NCBI GenBank assembly: GCA_048013815.1
Contig: CM106585.1
Coordinates: forward strand, 806,001-870,000
DNA: 64,000 nucleotides
Origin: Setoptus koraiensis
Lineage: Eukaryota; Animalia; Arthropoda
Reading direction: 5' to 3'
This document shows, piece after piece, positions 25,165-34,637 of this stretch. Position numbers and translations under genes: made by a program. The notes under the pieces were generated by a model. It saw nothing but the letters and a program-made list of their open reading frames with translations, did no database searches and had not been told where the DNA came from. Numbering within the stretch: the first letter of the stretch is position 1; each line of letters opens with the position of its first letter.

Positions 25165-26477
25165 TTTGACAGAATATTTTTTGAATTATGTTACTTATTA
25201 ACTGATGATGCGTTGGTTGATATCTGAAATGTGTCTAAGATGAGAATGACTCTATTCGATGGTGTGCTGTCTAATATCATTGGACAGTAAAGGATAAAAA
25301 AAAACTAAATTAGCTCACGTCGACCGGGCGTTTCTTAACTATAACTAATGAAACTGACTGTGAGTCACTTACAAACTAGTACACGATCAACATCAGCTAT
25401 AGTCTCGGGTCGTTCTAGTCTACTGTTCTAAATGTACTTGTAGCTATTGATAAGAAAGATAAAGATGTACTCTATACTTGAACGTCCATCGATAAGAAAT
25501 TAGTTTGATATCAAGATCACTTGGTAAAGCTGTTTTATACTGTTATGTTGTATAGTTTTTGTTGTTATTCTACTACTATTACTCATGAGTTTTTTTCTTC
25601 TTTTGAATAATGCTTCTAATTTGGCAAGATCGCTAGACTATTTATACATAAGTGCCAGTATACTGCTGTGTAGGTTTGAGAAATTCATCGTCCAAACAAC
25701 TAGAAAAGCTGATGCGATAGTAGTGCTTCAACTACAAACCACTCGTCGTCGTCGTCGTTGTTGTTGCTTGCTTGTTCTTGTAATGTTGCTTGTTAGTTTG
25801 GTTATACGATGTTGAAACTCTCAACACAATGAAATATGACGGTGATGATAAAATTTAGACAATACTACAACGATCCAACAAATAACTAGCAACGATTTCA
25901 ACTCACAGTGTTAAATGTTTATTTGATGCCTAACCAAGCTAGTATGAAATCCGACAGTTTGGATAGAATTCATAGTTGTTTGCTAGAGCATCAATTTATT
26001 CAGTTTGATATTTTTGTTTTTCTTTATCTTCTAACTAATATCATGTGCCGGTTTAATATTGCAATCTTTAATTAGCTAATCTCATTATGCCTCTTGGTGT
26101 ATTGTTTCAATCTGTATGTGATGAAAGCGCGGCAGTGCATAATCAGACAATAAAACTTTTACATGAATCATATTTAGACTCCCATTAGGCTAGTGATAAT
26201 TGTTTTTCTCTCGATTCACAGAGGTGTTTTTCGTTGTTGTTCTAGTTTTCGTTTTTGCTTTTGTTATGTTCAATCAGTCTCTCCTTTCGAAAAAATAGTT
26301 TTCACAGATAACCATCATAGATGCTCTAACCAACTATGTGTGTACTAGTTGACGCTCGGCCACGAAGAGAAATAAAAGCTTATGAATGTTTCCTCTATAT
26401 TTCCGGTATAAACTGTAAAATAGCTGTATACCCCCGGATTCAGTCTATTCTAGTCTTTTTTCACTCTCTGGAAGATA

Positions 26478-27662
26478 CTATTTGCCCTCGCGAATCATCC
26501 TCAGTCTGTTCTCGGTCATGAATCGGCTATTTGCAAAATTTAGGAATGACGGCATGTAACGAGAGGCATACATGAAGAACAATACTGGTTGGATTGATAT
26601 CCAGGCCTCATTTATCTTGTACGCTATGGCTATTAGACTCAGCCTGGCGCAGCGTTTTGTCGACATTCGCCGGGCATCAGCTTCATGGGCCTTGTTTACC
26701 TTCTCTCCTGGCTTGCTTGTAAATGAACTCATTAAAACATTTGAGAAAACTGGACCTGGACAAAGCAGAGTGACTTTGATTTTTCGCTGACATGCTTCGG
26801 TTCTGAGAGCCTCGAAATATCCGTGTAATGCAAATTTTGTTCCACTATATGTACAAGAAAATGGAGCACCAAGGATACCGGCAGCACTGCTAGTGACGAC
26901 TACGTGACCCGGTAGGTTGTGTTTATACCAATGATTGAGCACTACTCTGGTCAAATTGACAGCACCAAACACGTTGATATTGAACATTTCCATGTCAACA
27001 GATAGATCGATCTGTTCGAAAGCTGCTCGCTGGCTTCTACCAGCATTGTTGACTAGAATATCAATTTGCTTGAAATGAGCCAAAACTCGTTCCGTACAAG
27101 CTTTGTGACGATTGAAATCGGAAATATCGAACGCTACCACCAGTATGTCATTGTCTTGAAGAAGAGTGCCCATAGCTGTGAATATAATGAATGTGTGAAA
27201 GAAAAAATGTGGTAATTTTCATGTCGGGCACCTGTTGGTGTTATCAGTTCTGCAATGACTCTGCTAATTTTTGTCATTGTTTACCTAAGATTTGTTGTTT
27301 CACAACAGCCAACTTTGACTCGTTAGTGCCAGATAGTACCAGGCGGCATCCACATCGAGCCATTTCGTAGGCAAGATATTCGCCTATTCCTGACGAGGCT
27401 CCTGTGATCCATACCACTTTACCGTTGAGATTCTCTGCGCAGAGTAGATTAAAATAATGCATTAGGATACAGAAAGATCAATGATGCATTCCAATAAAGT
27501 CCAATCGATATTCGGCTATAATAAGGTTACAATGAGGTTAGCTGTTTACTTACTAGGTTGGCCAGCAAATCTGTCCAGCAGCCAGAGAAAGAAATCGCAA
27601 TCAAGTTTGACAAAAGCCAAAACTAATAAAATTAGGATGACAATCAGAAGCAATGAAAACAT
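26478..27662 (-). CDS. DHRS7: Short-chain dehydrogenase/reductase, DHRS7-like, join(complement 27554..27662, 27285..27434, 26478..27175), 318 aa
   Basis: N-terminal hydrophobic anchor followed by KLDCDFFL, the Rossmann motif VVWITGASSGIG, IDILVNNAGRSQRA and catalytic YSGTK (YxxxK). Two GT-AG introns (both phase 1) keep the frame. Confidence 0.9.
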
Positions 27663-27980
27663 TTCAGAATATTTTTCTGTGTATCACCGTGACAGACGTT
27701 AGAATAGCTTCTGTTTTATTGACTAATAATACTATTCCGTTATTTGAATAACTTAAATGCTATAACTACCTTCCTAATAAAACTGTGTCAGCTGTTAATG
27801 ATGAGTTGGAAATAGGAAATCGGTGATTATGCCATTGAAGCCAACAAGTTCATTAGGCGTACGAACCGAGTTCCGCAAAGATCCTCAAGAGTGCGCTCGA
27901 GATGCTAACTAAATAGCCTGAAGATTAGTATCATTTGAAAAAATCACAACGTTTGGTGTATAAGGCTTGAATTACCTCAG

Positions 27981-28541
27981 CTATCTTTCTGAGTATTTCT
28001 TTCCTTTTATATCCACGCAGTAGTCGTATGAGACTGTCTTGGACAAGGCCAACTGTATATGTTCATCAATATTGTCTGGCGTCACGAACTGTTTGTTGGC
28101 TATTTCTTGGCTTATGTGCTCATCCAATTGAAGGCCATCTTGTACAATTTTTTCCTCGATATTCAATTTTGTGCTGAACAATTCCTCCTCCAATTTACTA
28201 ATTTCCCTTTCCCACTTTGCTTCTCTCACTCTGGCTATGCGCATATTTTCCAAATTGTTCTCCTCTAATAGTTTCAATTCTTCCTGGGTCTGAGATTCAA
28301 TCAAAGCCCTTGACAGGCTACCAGTGGTTTGTGCAGGCTCGTAGAAATGTTCTCGCATTAAAGCCTGAATAGACCTCAATTGAGTCTTGTAGTTTTTTGT
28401 CAATTTATTAATAAGTTTAACCTCCTCCTCTGTGTATAGTTTGTGTTCATTTATTTTGAATATTTTACTAGGCGCTGTTGGCATCCAAATAGGCTTTCTG
28501 TATCGGACCACAATGTGGCCGGCTAGCGGTAGCCTGAGCAT
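27981..28541 (-). CDS. MRPS26: Mitochondrial small-subunit ribosomal protein S26 (mS26), 186 aa, intronless
   Basis: Basic presequence, RKPIWMPTAPSKIFKI resembling the family RKPxWxPxAxSKxF motif, a central coiled coil, and C-terminal FVTPDNIDEHIQLAL...SYDYCVD. Recognised from family knowledge; not searched. Confidence 0.8.
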   Translation of the reverse strand: MLRLPLAGHIVVRYRKPIWMPTAPSKIFKINEHKLYTEEEVKLINKLTKNYKTQLRSIQALMREHFYEPAQTTGSLSRALIESQTQEELKLLEENNLENMRIARVREAKWEREISKLEEELFSTKLNIEEKIVQDGLQLDEHISQEIANKQFVTPDNIDEHIQLALSKTVSYDYCVDIKGKKYSER

Positions 28542-28950
28542 GGCTGGTGAATAATGAATAATAAATTAACTAATTAATAAAAATAGAAATGGTACTATCC
28601 GTTATCTAGTTGAATGGGAGCTGTTTATTTACAGTGAATGTCGTTCAAATGCGACACGCTCAAATGAGACACATGTTCATATGCGCATCCTCAGATGCTC
28701 CATTAGAGGCAAATTTGAATAATAAAACCAAGTGTTATTGCTAAGTCACAATATGATGTGATCTTACGCAATTCTGTCGGAATTAATATTCTTTGATTGG
28801 CCACATGTGATGGCTGGATTGTTTGAATTCTTTGACAATTTTTACATTGGTTTTGCAACAACACGTGTTTCCATTGTTCGAATTTACCTCAAAATAAGTT
28901 ACTGAGGTCGCGCACATGAGAGTTTGGCACGTGAACGACTGACTGTAGTA

Positions 28951-29374
28951 GCATCTCGCTCAACCTTGGCATCAAGCCAAAACCGCTTAGCTCATACTCT
29001 AACTTTTTGCAACTAACTAACGTGCAACTAAAAATATCGAAAAACATATCAACTTGTCAATCAATCAATTTCCGTCTAATCCTATAGATAATGCCGCATG
29101 AATACAGCATTGAGATGCATCATCCACCTGATACTCACAATACATTGTCAGATAACATATAAACCTGATAGTAGGGTGTTTGCATCTTATCCGATGCCCG
29201 CAAAGATCAACTTGATCAACGAAAAACCTAGACACGAAAATGAGGTGCAAGATCAATTAGTTCGGATCGCTATCAGTCGTCGCCCAGGCCATTGTCATCG
29301 GTCTCGTCGCACGAATCAGCGCGCAAAAGAGGCCAATCTTAAGAAAGGAATAGCCGAATTGGAACAAAAGCCTT
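28951..29374 (+). pseudogene. Internally deleted, frameshifted duplicate of the 30708..31733 gene and its upstream flank
   Basis: 28951..29010 resembles 30180..30239, 29057..29260 resembles 30647..30863, and 29271..29374 resembles 31206..31320. The ATG at 29091 (MPHEYSIEMHHPPD) is followed by a 13-nt insertion that frameshifts to a stop. Confidence 0.82.
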
Positions 29375-29425
29375 GGTGTTCACTGATTCGCTGAGGGCGG
29401 CCAGTTGCCAAGGCAGCTCTTCGAT

Positions 29426-29601
29426 CGTTGACCGTTTGTGACAGTTAGTGACCGTTAGCGACCGTGACAGAGGACAGAGCAAAGTTTCTCTGTCTAATTA
29501 TTGTCTGCTGATGCCACCAATGAGATGAAGAAAGGATTGTGAGTACCAGCCCTCATTAAGTTGCGCTCTTTCTTCTGCTTGCTATTAAACAAACCAAACA
29601 A
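29426..29601 (+). repeat. Dispersed repeat copy 1 (homologous to 40081..40332)
   Basis: Colinear shared blocks CGTTGACCGTTTGTGACA, GTGACAGTTAGTGACCGTTAGC, TGTCTGCYGATGCCACCAA, TCATTAAGTTGCGCTCT and AAACAAACCAAACAA. Confidence 0.85.
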
Positions 29602-30707
29602 CCTACCAATCTCATAACATGCTCTATAGACCCTGTACTTATATTTGGGTTATTATGGCGTAAGACACGTTATGAATTTTCATTAACCACTAAGCTTTCT
29701 AAAGTTAATTCGCACGAATCATCGTAACAACTTTTCACTATAATGTTTCAAGGTTCCTCTCGGCAAAACTGCTGAGTAGACTCAATGATAATATTTCTAG
29801 TCTGTTTTCGATAGCACTAGCGTTTTTAGGCTAGATGAGTTTGACCGTGATTGCGCATATTCAATGAGGTTCATTAGAAATATACGTGACAATCGAAAGC
29901 AAAGAGTAAAGCTAGAGCTCTAGTTACATTACAGTTACATCAATGCTATCTACTTTCAGTTCTTTCATAATTATGAGCTTGTAACTGGGTCTATCTTAAT
30001 TTTTTAATAGACTAATTGTTTCCTATCGTTGTTCATAAAAGTTATACGTATCATCTCTTAGAGCACGACATACAATCTAAACAGTTTCCTACCCGGTATT
30101 TTTTTCCGCAATACTAATGCTCGTATGATAATATAGCGCAAAGAAAACAGAAGATTGTGCGAGAAAATAAGATTTAGTCGCATCTTGCTCGACCTTGGCA
30201 TCGAGCCAAAACTACTCAGCTCATACTCTAACTTTTTGCGACCTTGTTTCATGTTTCTAGTTTCAGGGTTGATAGCCATTTTACATTGAACTTAACCCAG
30301 CTTCTTGTAACTAATAATATCTGCTATGTAATATCATGCGCTCTAGCTCTTTCATCATTCTACACTATCATACTTACGCACCTCTTTTTATTTAGATCAA
30401 GTGTAATATTACAATCAGCAGTAGGCCATCGAAAGAGGGAGAGAGAGTGAAACGTGAAAATATTCCACAAGACTAATCATCATAATCGGCTGTTCGAAGA
30501 TATCATCTCGGACTTGTTGTCAAGTTGAAGTTGATCCAGCAGCTTCAGATAGAAACTTAGAATTCACATCGAACAACTAAAAAGTTAAAGTTTAATCGCG
30601 TCGAGTGATCAGAGAAGAGATAATTTCATTGTTTCCTATCGAACTATCAATCAATCAATTTTCTTCTAATCACCTATATTCTATCGTTTGATTAACACCT
30701 ACAGATA

Positions 30708-31733
30708 ATGCCTCACAAATATAGCATCGAGATGCATCATCCACCTGATACTCAGATAACGTATAAACCTGATAGTAGGGTGTTTGCATCGTATCCGATG
30801 CCCGCAAAGATCAACTTGATCAACGAGAAACCGAGACACGAAAATGAGGTAGAAGATCAACTAGGCTCGAGAATATCACCAACATTCCTGCTCGAGACCC
30901 AGCAGTCAGCTCAAGATGGTTCTTCTTATCAACAACAACAACAGCAACAACATCTGCATCAAGATTACAATCTATTGAAACCACAACAGCAACAGCAGCA
31001 ACAGCAACAACAATTTACAGATGAATGGACTAATGAGCCGAGGGCAAGACAAAATTTCAATTATGCTGCAGAGTTGACCGCTGATCTGGCGAAGAAAGAG
31101 GCCAAACTGCGCGACGAAATCGACGCCTTGCAACGACGACCTTACAGTCCTTATCAGTCTCCCTCTAAGATAGATATAACTAGCGAAACTCAGCGCTCTC
31201 GATCTTATCAGTCGTCGCCCCGGCCATTGTCATCGGCCTCGTCGCACAAATCAGCGCAGGATTTAGCCACAAAAGAGGCCGATCTTATGAAAGAGATAGC
31301 CGAATTGGAGCAAAAGCCTTACAACCCGCAAAAGATTCTGTTGGAACACGAGAAATGGTACGAGTATCCCCAGGGACACCCCGAGTACAGTCAATTGGCC
31401 GAAACTAAGCGTCGAGTAAAAGATTTTTGCTCACTACCATCCCATGTTTATCCGGATGGCAGCAATTATATACACGAGGAGAATCTATCTACATCGTTAA
31501 TTGGTAGCTCGAGAGGTAAGAGCCCTAGCCCATTGTCTGTTCACACGGCCATAATTAAGACGCCAAAACGCGAAATAGACAACAGATCTCCGTTGCCATT
31601 TGCATTTGATAATTTTAGCACAGGTGGAATCAAGGGTAACATCGCCACTGTTGGCGCAGTCGAACCGGAACGCCCGTATCCACCAATTAACCCGATCATA
31701 GTAAGGCGAACTCCAACACCAAATCAAATGTAG
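30708..31733 (+). CDS. Uncharacterised 341-aa protein with a poly-Q tract and two 23-aa repeats; possibly the last exon of a longer gene
   Basis: Clean ATG-to-stop ORF preceded by an acceptor-like CCTACAG|ATA ATG. Most of the sequence has normal complexity, and it has a decayed paralogous copy upstream. No family recognised. Confidence 0.75.
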   Translation: MPHKYSIEMHHPPDTQITYKPDSRVFASYPMPAKINLINEKPRHENEVEDQLGSRISPTFLLETQQSAQDGSSYQQQQQQQHLHQDYNLLKPQQQQQQQQQQFTDEWTNEPRARQNFNYAAELTADLAKKEAKLRDEIDALQRRPYSPYQSPSKIDITSETQRSRSYQSSPRPLSSASSHKSAQDLATKEADLMKEIAELEQKPYNPQKILLEHEKWYEYPQGHPEYSQLAETKRRVKDFCSLPSHVYPDGSNYIHEENLSTSLIGSSRGKSPSPLSVHTAIIKTPKREIDNRSPLPFAFDNFSTGGIKGNIATVGAVEPERPYPPINPIIVRRTPTPNQM

Positions 31734-31970
31734 TTGTAGTGAACAGGAGCACTACTTATCTGATGCAATTAAGCAGCAAATAACTATCAATAAACTATTT
31801 CACCGTTAACCACAAATGTAAACATACAAATCTCATGATAGACACTCTGTAAGGCATCATATTTTCGAGACAGCTTTTGGAAAATGCCAACTGTTCAGTT
31901 ATGTACGAAGGTAAATGAGTCATACGACTCTCGAGATTTTTATTTAGCGTTTTCTGTTAAAAACTTTCAT

Positions 31971-33386
31971 TCAAAATTTTAATGCATTCTCTGGAAATAT
32001 GGTGGAGGTGAATCTTCTAAGTTTCTTGAGTAGTGGCTTTGTAGTAAGGGAATCGTCCAATCCACGTTTGGGGTTGCATGTTGGACTCTCAACTTTATGC
32101 TGAACATCAACTTTAGAATCATTGGTCCGTGGGTCACTTAATTGATTTTTAGTGCCGTTCCCTTGGATGCCAGTAACTTGAGATTTTGTTCCGTTCGTCT
32201 GAATGTCGGTTGCTCCGGGTTTGGTCTCATTCGTCTGAATGTCGGTTGCTCCGGGTTTGATCTCATTCGTCTGAATGTCGGTTGCTCCGGGTTTGGTCAC
32301 ATTCGTCTGAATGTCTGTGTCTTGAGTTTCATCCTCCATGCAGTCGAGGTCGACATCTGGGTCCATGTGGTCTAAATTCACTCTTCCCTCTGCAATATCG
32401 GTGGCGATTTCATGGTCGAAAATCTTTCCAGCGCTTGGATATTTTCTACACGTATCTCCGTTAGGGTAAGGCTCTAAAGGTACTAGTTTGTTTTGTTTAG
32501 GGCAGTAGACAATGTGGTACTTGAAGGTATTCTCAGCGGCAATAAATCCATCAATGTATTCCTGAGTGACCTTGCCTGCCAATTTTGGTGATTGTAAATA
32601 ACTTGATAGTTTGGGCAACAGCGTCTTGAGATCATCGTTTTTAGTGAGTAGAAAAAATTTCTTTGCTGATTGTAAGCCTACGCCGGCGATATTTTTCAGA
32701 TAGTCACAACCAGACATGATGGCTATTCTTCTAAATTTGGAAAATTCTATATTAGAACCTATACACTTGTTGATTTTACTTTTCTCTAGTAACACGCATT
32801 GTCCGGTACTTTTGTCTAGTTTGAATATTATAAAATCACAGCCATAGAGAACAAGATCGGCGTCCTCGGTGATGACGAAGTCACAAAGTTTTGTCCTAGA
32901 TAAATAAGCTAATTGGGCGTCAGCTTCATACGGTGCAACTACGAATTTTATATTTTCCATCTTGCACAATTTAATTACAAATTGAACAGTGTCAAATTTA
33001 ATATCTAAGCATCTACACATGAGTTTCCTGGCCTCCTCTTTGTTGTTCTGCTTAAGTAATTGTTCTATTTTCTCTCGGCATTCTTTTTTCCTCTGGTCCC
33101 TGTCGTCGTGAGTGACTTTCTTTGCAGGCACCTTCATTCCGTCAAAAACAAATATCAGTTTTATGTTAAAACTCCTAAGAAGATTTACATAGGCCATAAT
33201 GTAAGACTTAATGTGTTCGTTCACTTTATCCATCTCACGACGATACAACAATTCGGGACAAGCGTAACACGCCTTGTAAATCCAGTGGCTGATATCGACG
33301 GCCCCTGTTGATCCCGAGAATTTATCCTTGATGTTGGTGTTTGTCGAAGCATTTTCCAGAAATTTCAACAGGCCAGCTATGCCCAT
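31971..33386 (-). CDS. EXO1: Exonuclease 1 (XPG/FEN1 family 5' nuclease), 471 aa, intronless
   Basis: MGIAGLLKFL start, GAVDISHWIYK, LIFVFDG, VAPYEADAQLAYL, VITEDADL and the H2TH motif SGCDYLKNIAGVGLQSA. The N-terminus and the YEADAQLAYL context fit EXO1 rather than FEN1. Confidence 0.92.
   Translation of the reverse strand: MGIAGLLKFLENASTNTNIKDKFSGSTGAVDISHWIYKACYACPELLYRREMDKVNEHIKSYIMAYVNLLRSFNIKLIFVFDGMKVPAKKVTHDDRDQRKKECREKIEQLLKQNNKEEARKLMCRCLDIKFDTVQFVIKLCKMENIKFVVAPYEADAQLAYLSRTKLCDFVITEDADLVLYGCDFIIFKLDKSTGQCVLLEKSKINKCIGSNIEFSKFRRIAIMSGCDYLKNIAGVGLQSAKKFFLLTKNDDLKTLLPKLSSYLQSPKLAGKVTQEYIDGFIAAENTFKYHIVYCPKQNKLVPLEPYPNGDTCRKYPSAGKIFDHEIATDIAEGRVNLDHMDPDVDLDCMEDETQDTDIQTNVTKPGATDIQTNEIKPGATDIQTNETKPGATDIQTNGTKSQVTGIQGNGTKNQLSDPRTNDSKVDVQHKVESPTCNPKRGLDDSLTTKPLLKKLRRFTSTIFPENALKF
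32140..32315 (-). repeat. 36-bp coding tandem repeat in the EXO1 tail (TDIQTNExKPGA) x~4.5
   Basis: Three near-perfect units at 32194..32301, plus a partial unit and a degenerate unit. Confidence 0.9.
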
Positions 33387-34637
33387 AATGGATAGTAACA
33401 ATGGTAAAATAATAAAATAAAACCTAAATAAATAATAGTGATCTGCTTTACGTATGTGTGATTGCTAGTGGCTCAAGCAATATTTTTGCCCGACAAATCT
33501 TGTGACATTGTTTACTTCTGGCAAAATGTAAATTCTTGTCGGAACAACGAAATGGTGTGTGTCGCCTCGTGTCATTGTGCGCGGCCATTCACCGGTTCAA
33601 ACAAAAACACCGGTTTGTGCAAATTCCACAAGGGCGGCGCTGCTCTTCCTGCTTGCCTCTCTCACACGCACCCAAAACAACAACATTACTGCCAATATCA
33701 CTACTGTCTCTATTGTATTATCCACATTATTATTACTATTATTAATATTAATATTACTATTATTATCATTATTATTACTATTATTATTATTTAATAATGA
33801 CAACAATAGCCATCCATGGCTTTAGTAATAACCTACCGATAGGGGGCCCACAGTGACATAATAAAGGTTAGAATAAGGGTGCTCGATTGTTATTATTATT
33901 CAAATACATTGTTGTAGACACAGAACCAGGTGAGACCAACAACAGACGATGATTGATGAGGGCTCAATGAGTTTTTTCGCTCTTGAGTGCGGACACGCAC
34001 TCAGGATAAACAATCCCCTCAATTGTTCTTCTCAAGTGGGCCCGTGATCGATCGCTAAGTGGATCTTCCTCTATTGTTGTCGACGACATGGCTCCAAAAT
34101 TGTCTATTAATATCTCCCGGTTTGGCGCTTCACTCATAATCGCTTGCTCGCGTTCGCTTGCTGTTTTATTGATGACACAACCACTGACTTGGCTCGTCCG
34201 TTAATTGTTGTTGTTGCGGGTATTACCTCACACACATTCAGTAAGTTTGTTTGTGTTATTATCACAACCCATCTATCATCATGACTTAGGCGATTAAATG
34301 AATGAGTTAGTAAAAAATATATACTCTCGCTCTAAAATATCTTGCTCCAACGAGTAGCGATATGCCGGTCCCATCAACAGATCATCGATTCATATTCATT
34401 CGATGACAAGATTTGACAAGTATTCATTTTGTCGATGATCCGATATTGCTTACATTGATTATGATCTGGCTCAATTTGAGCCGAGCACTTTATTGATTTA
34501 TCAGGCAACACGCCTAACGTTTCATGGGGCGCACAAGACACACTGCCAACCAACAGCAGGACAAATTATTCTCATTGGGGCACAAAAATTGATTGATTGC
34601 AATTAATTGATCAACAATTAATTAATTAATGATGCCG

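Noticed and set aside
29098-29394. 98-aa plus-strand ORF as an independent gene
   Set aside because: It is the frameshifted remainder of the pseudogene copy and has no proper ATG in that frame
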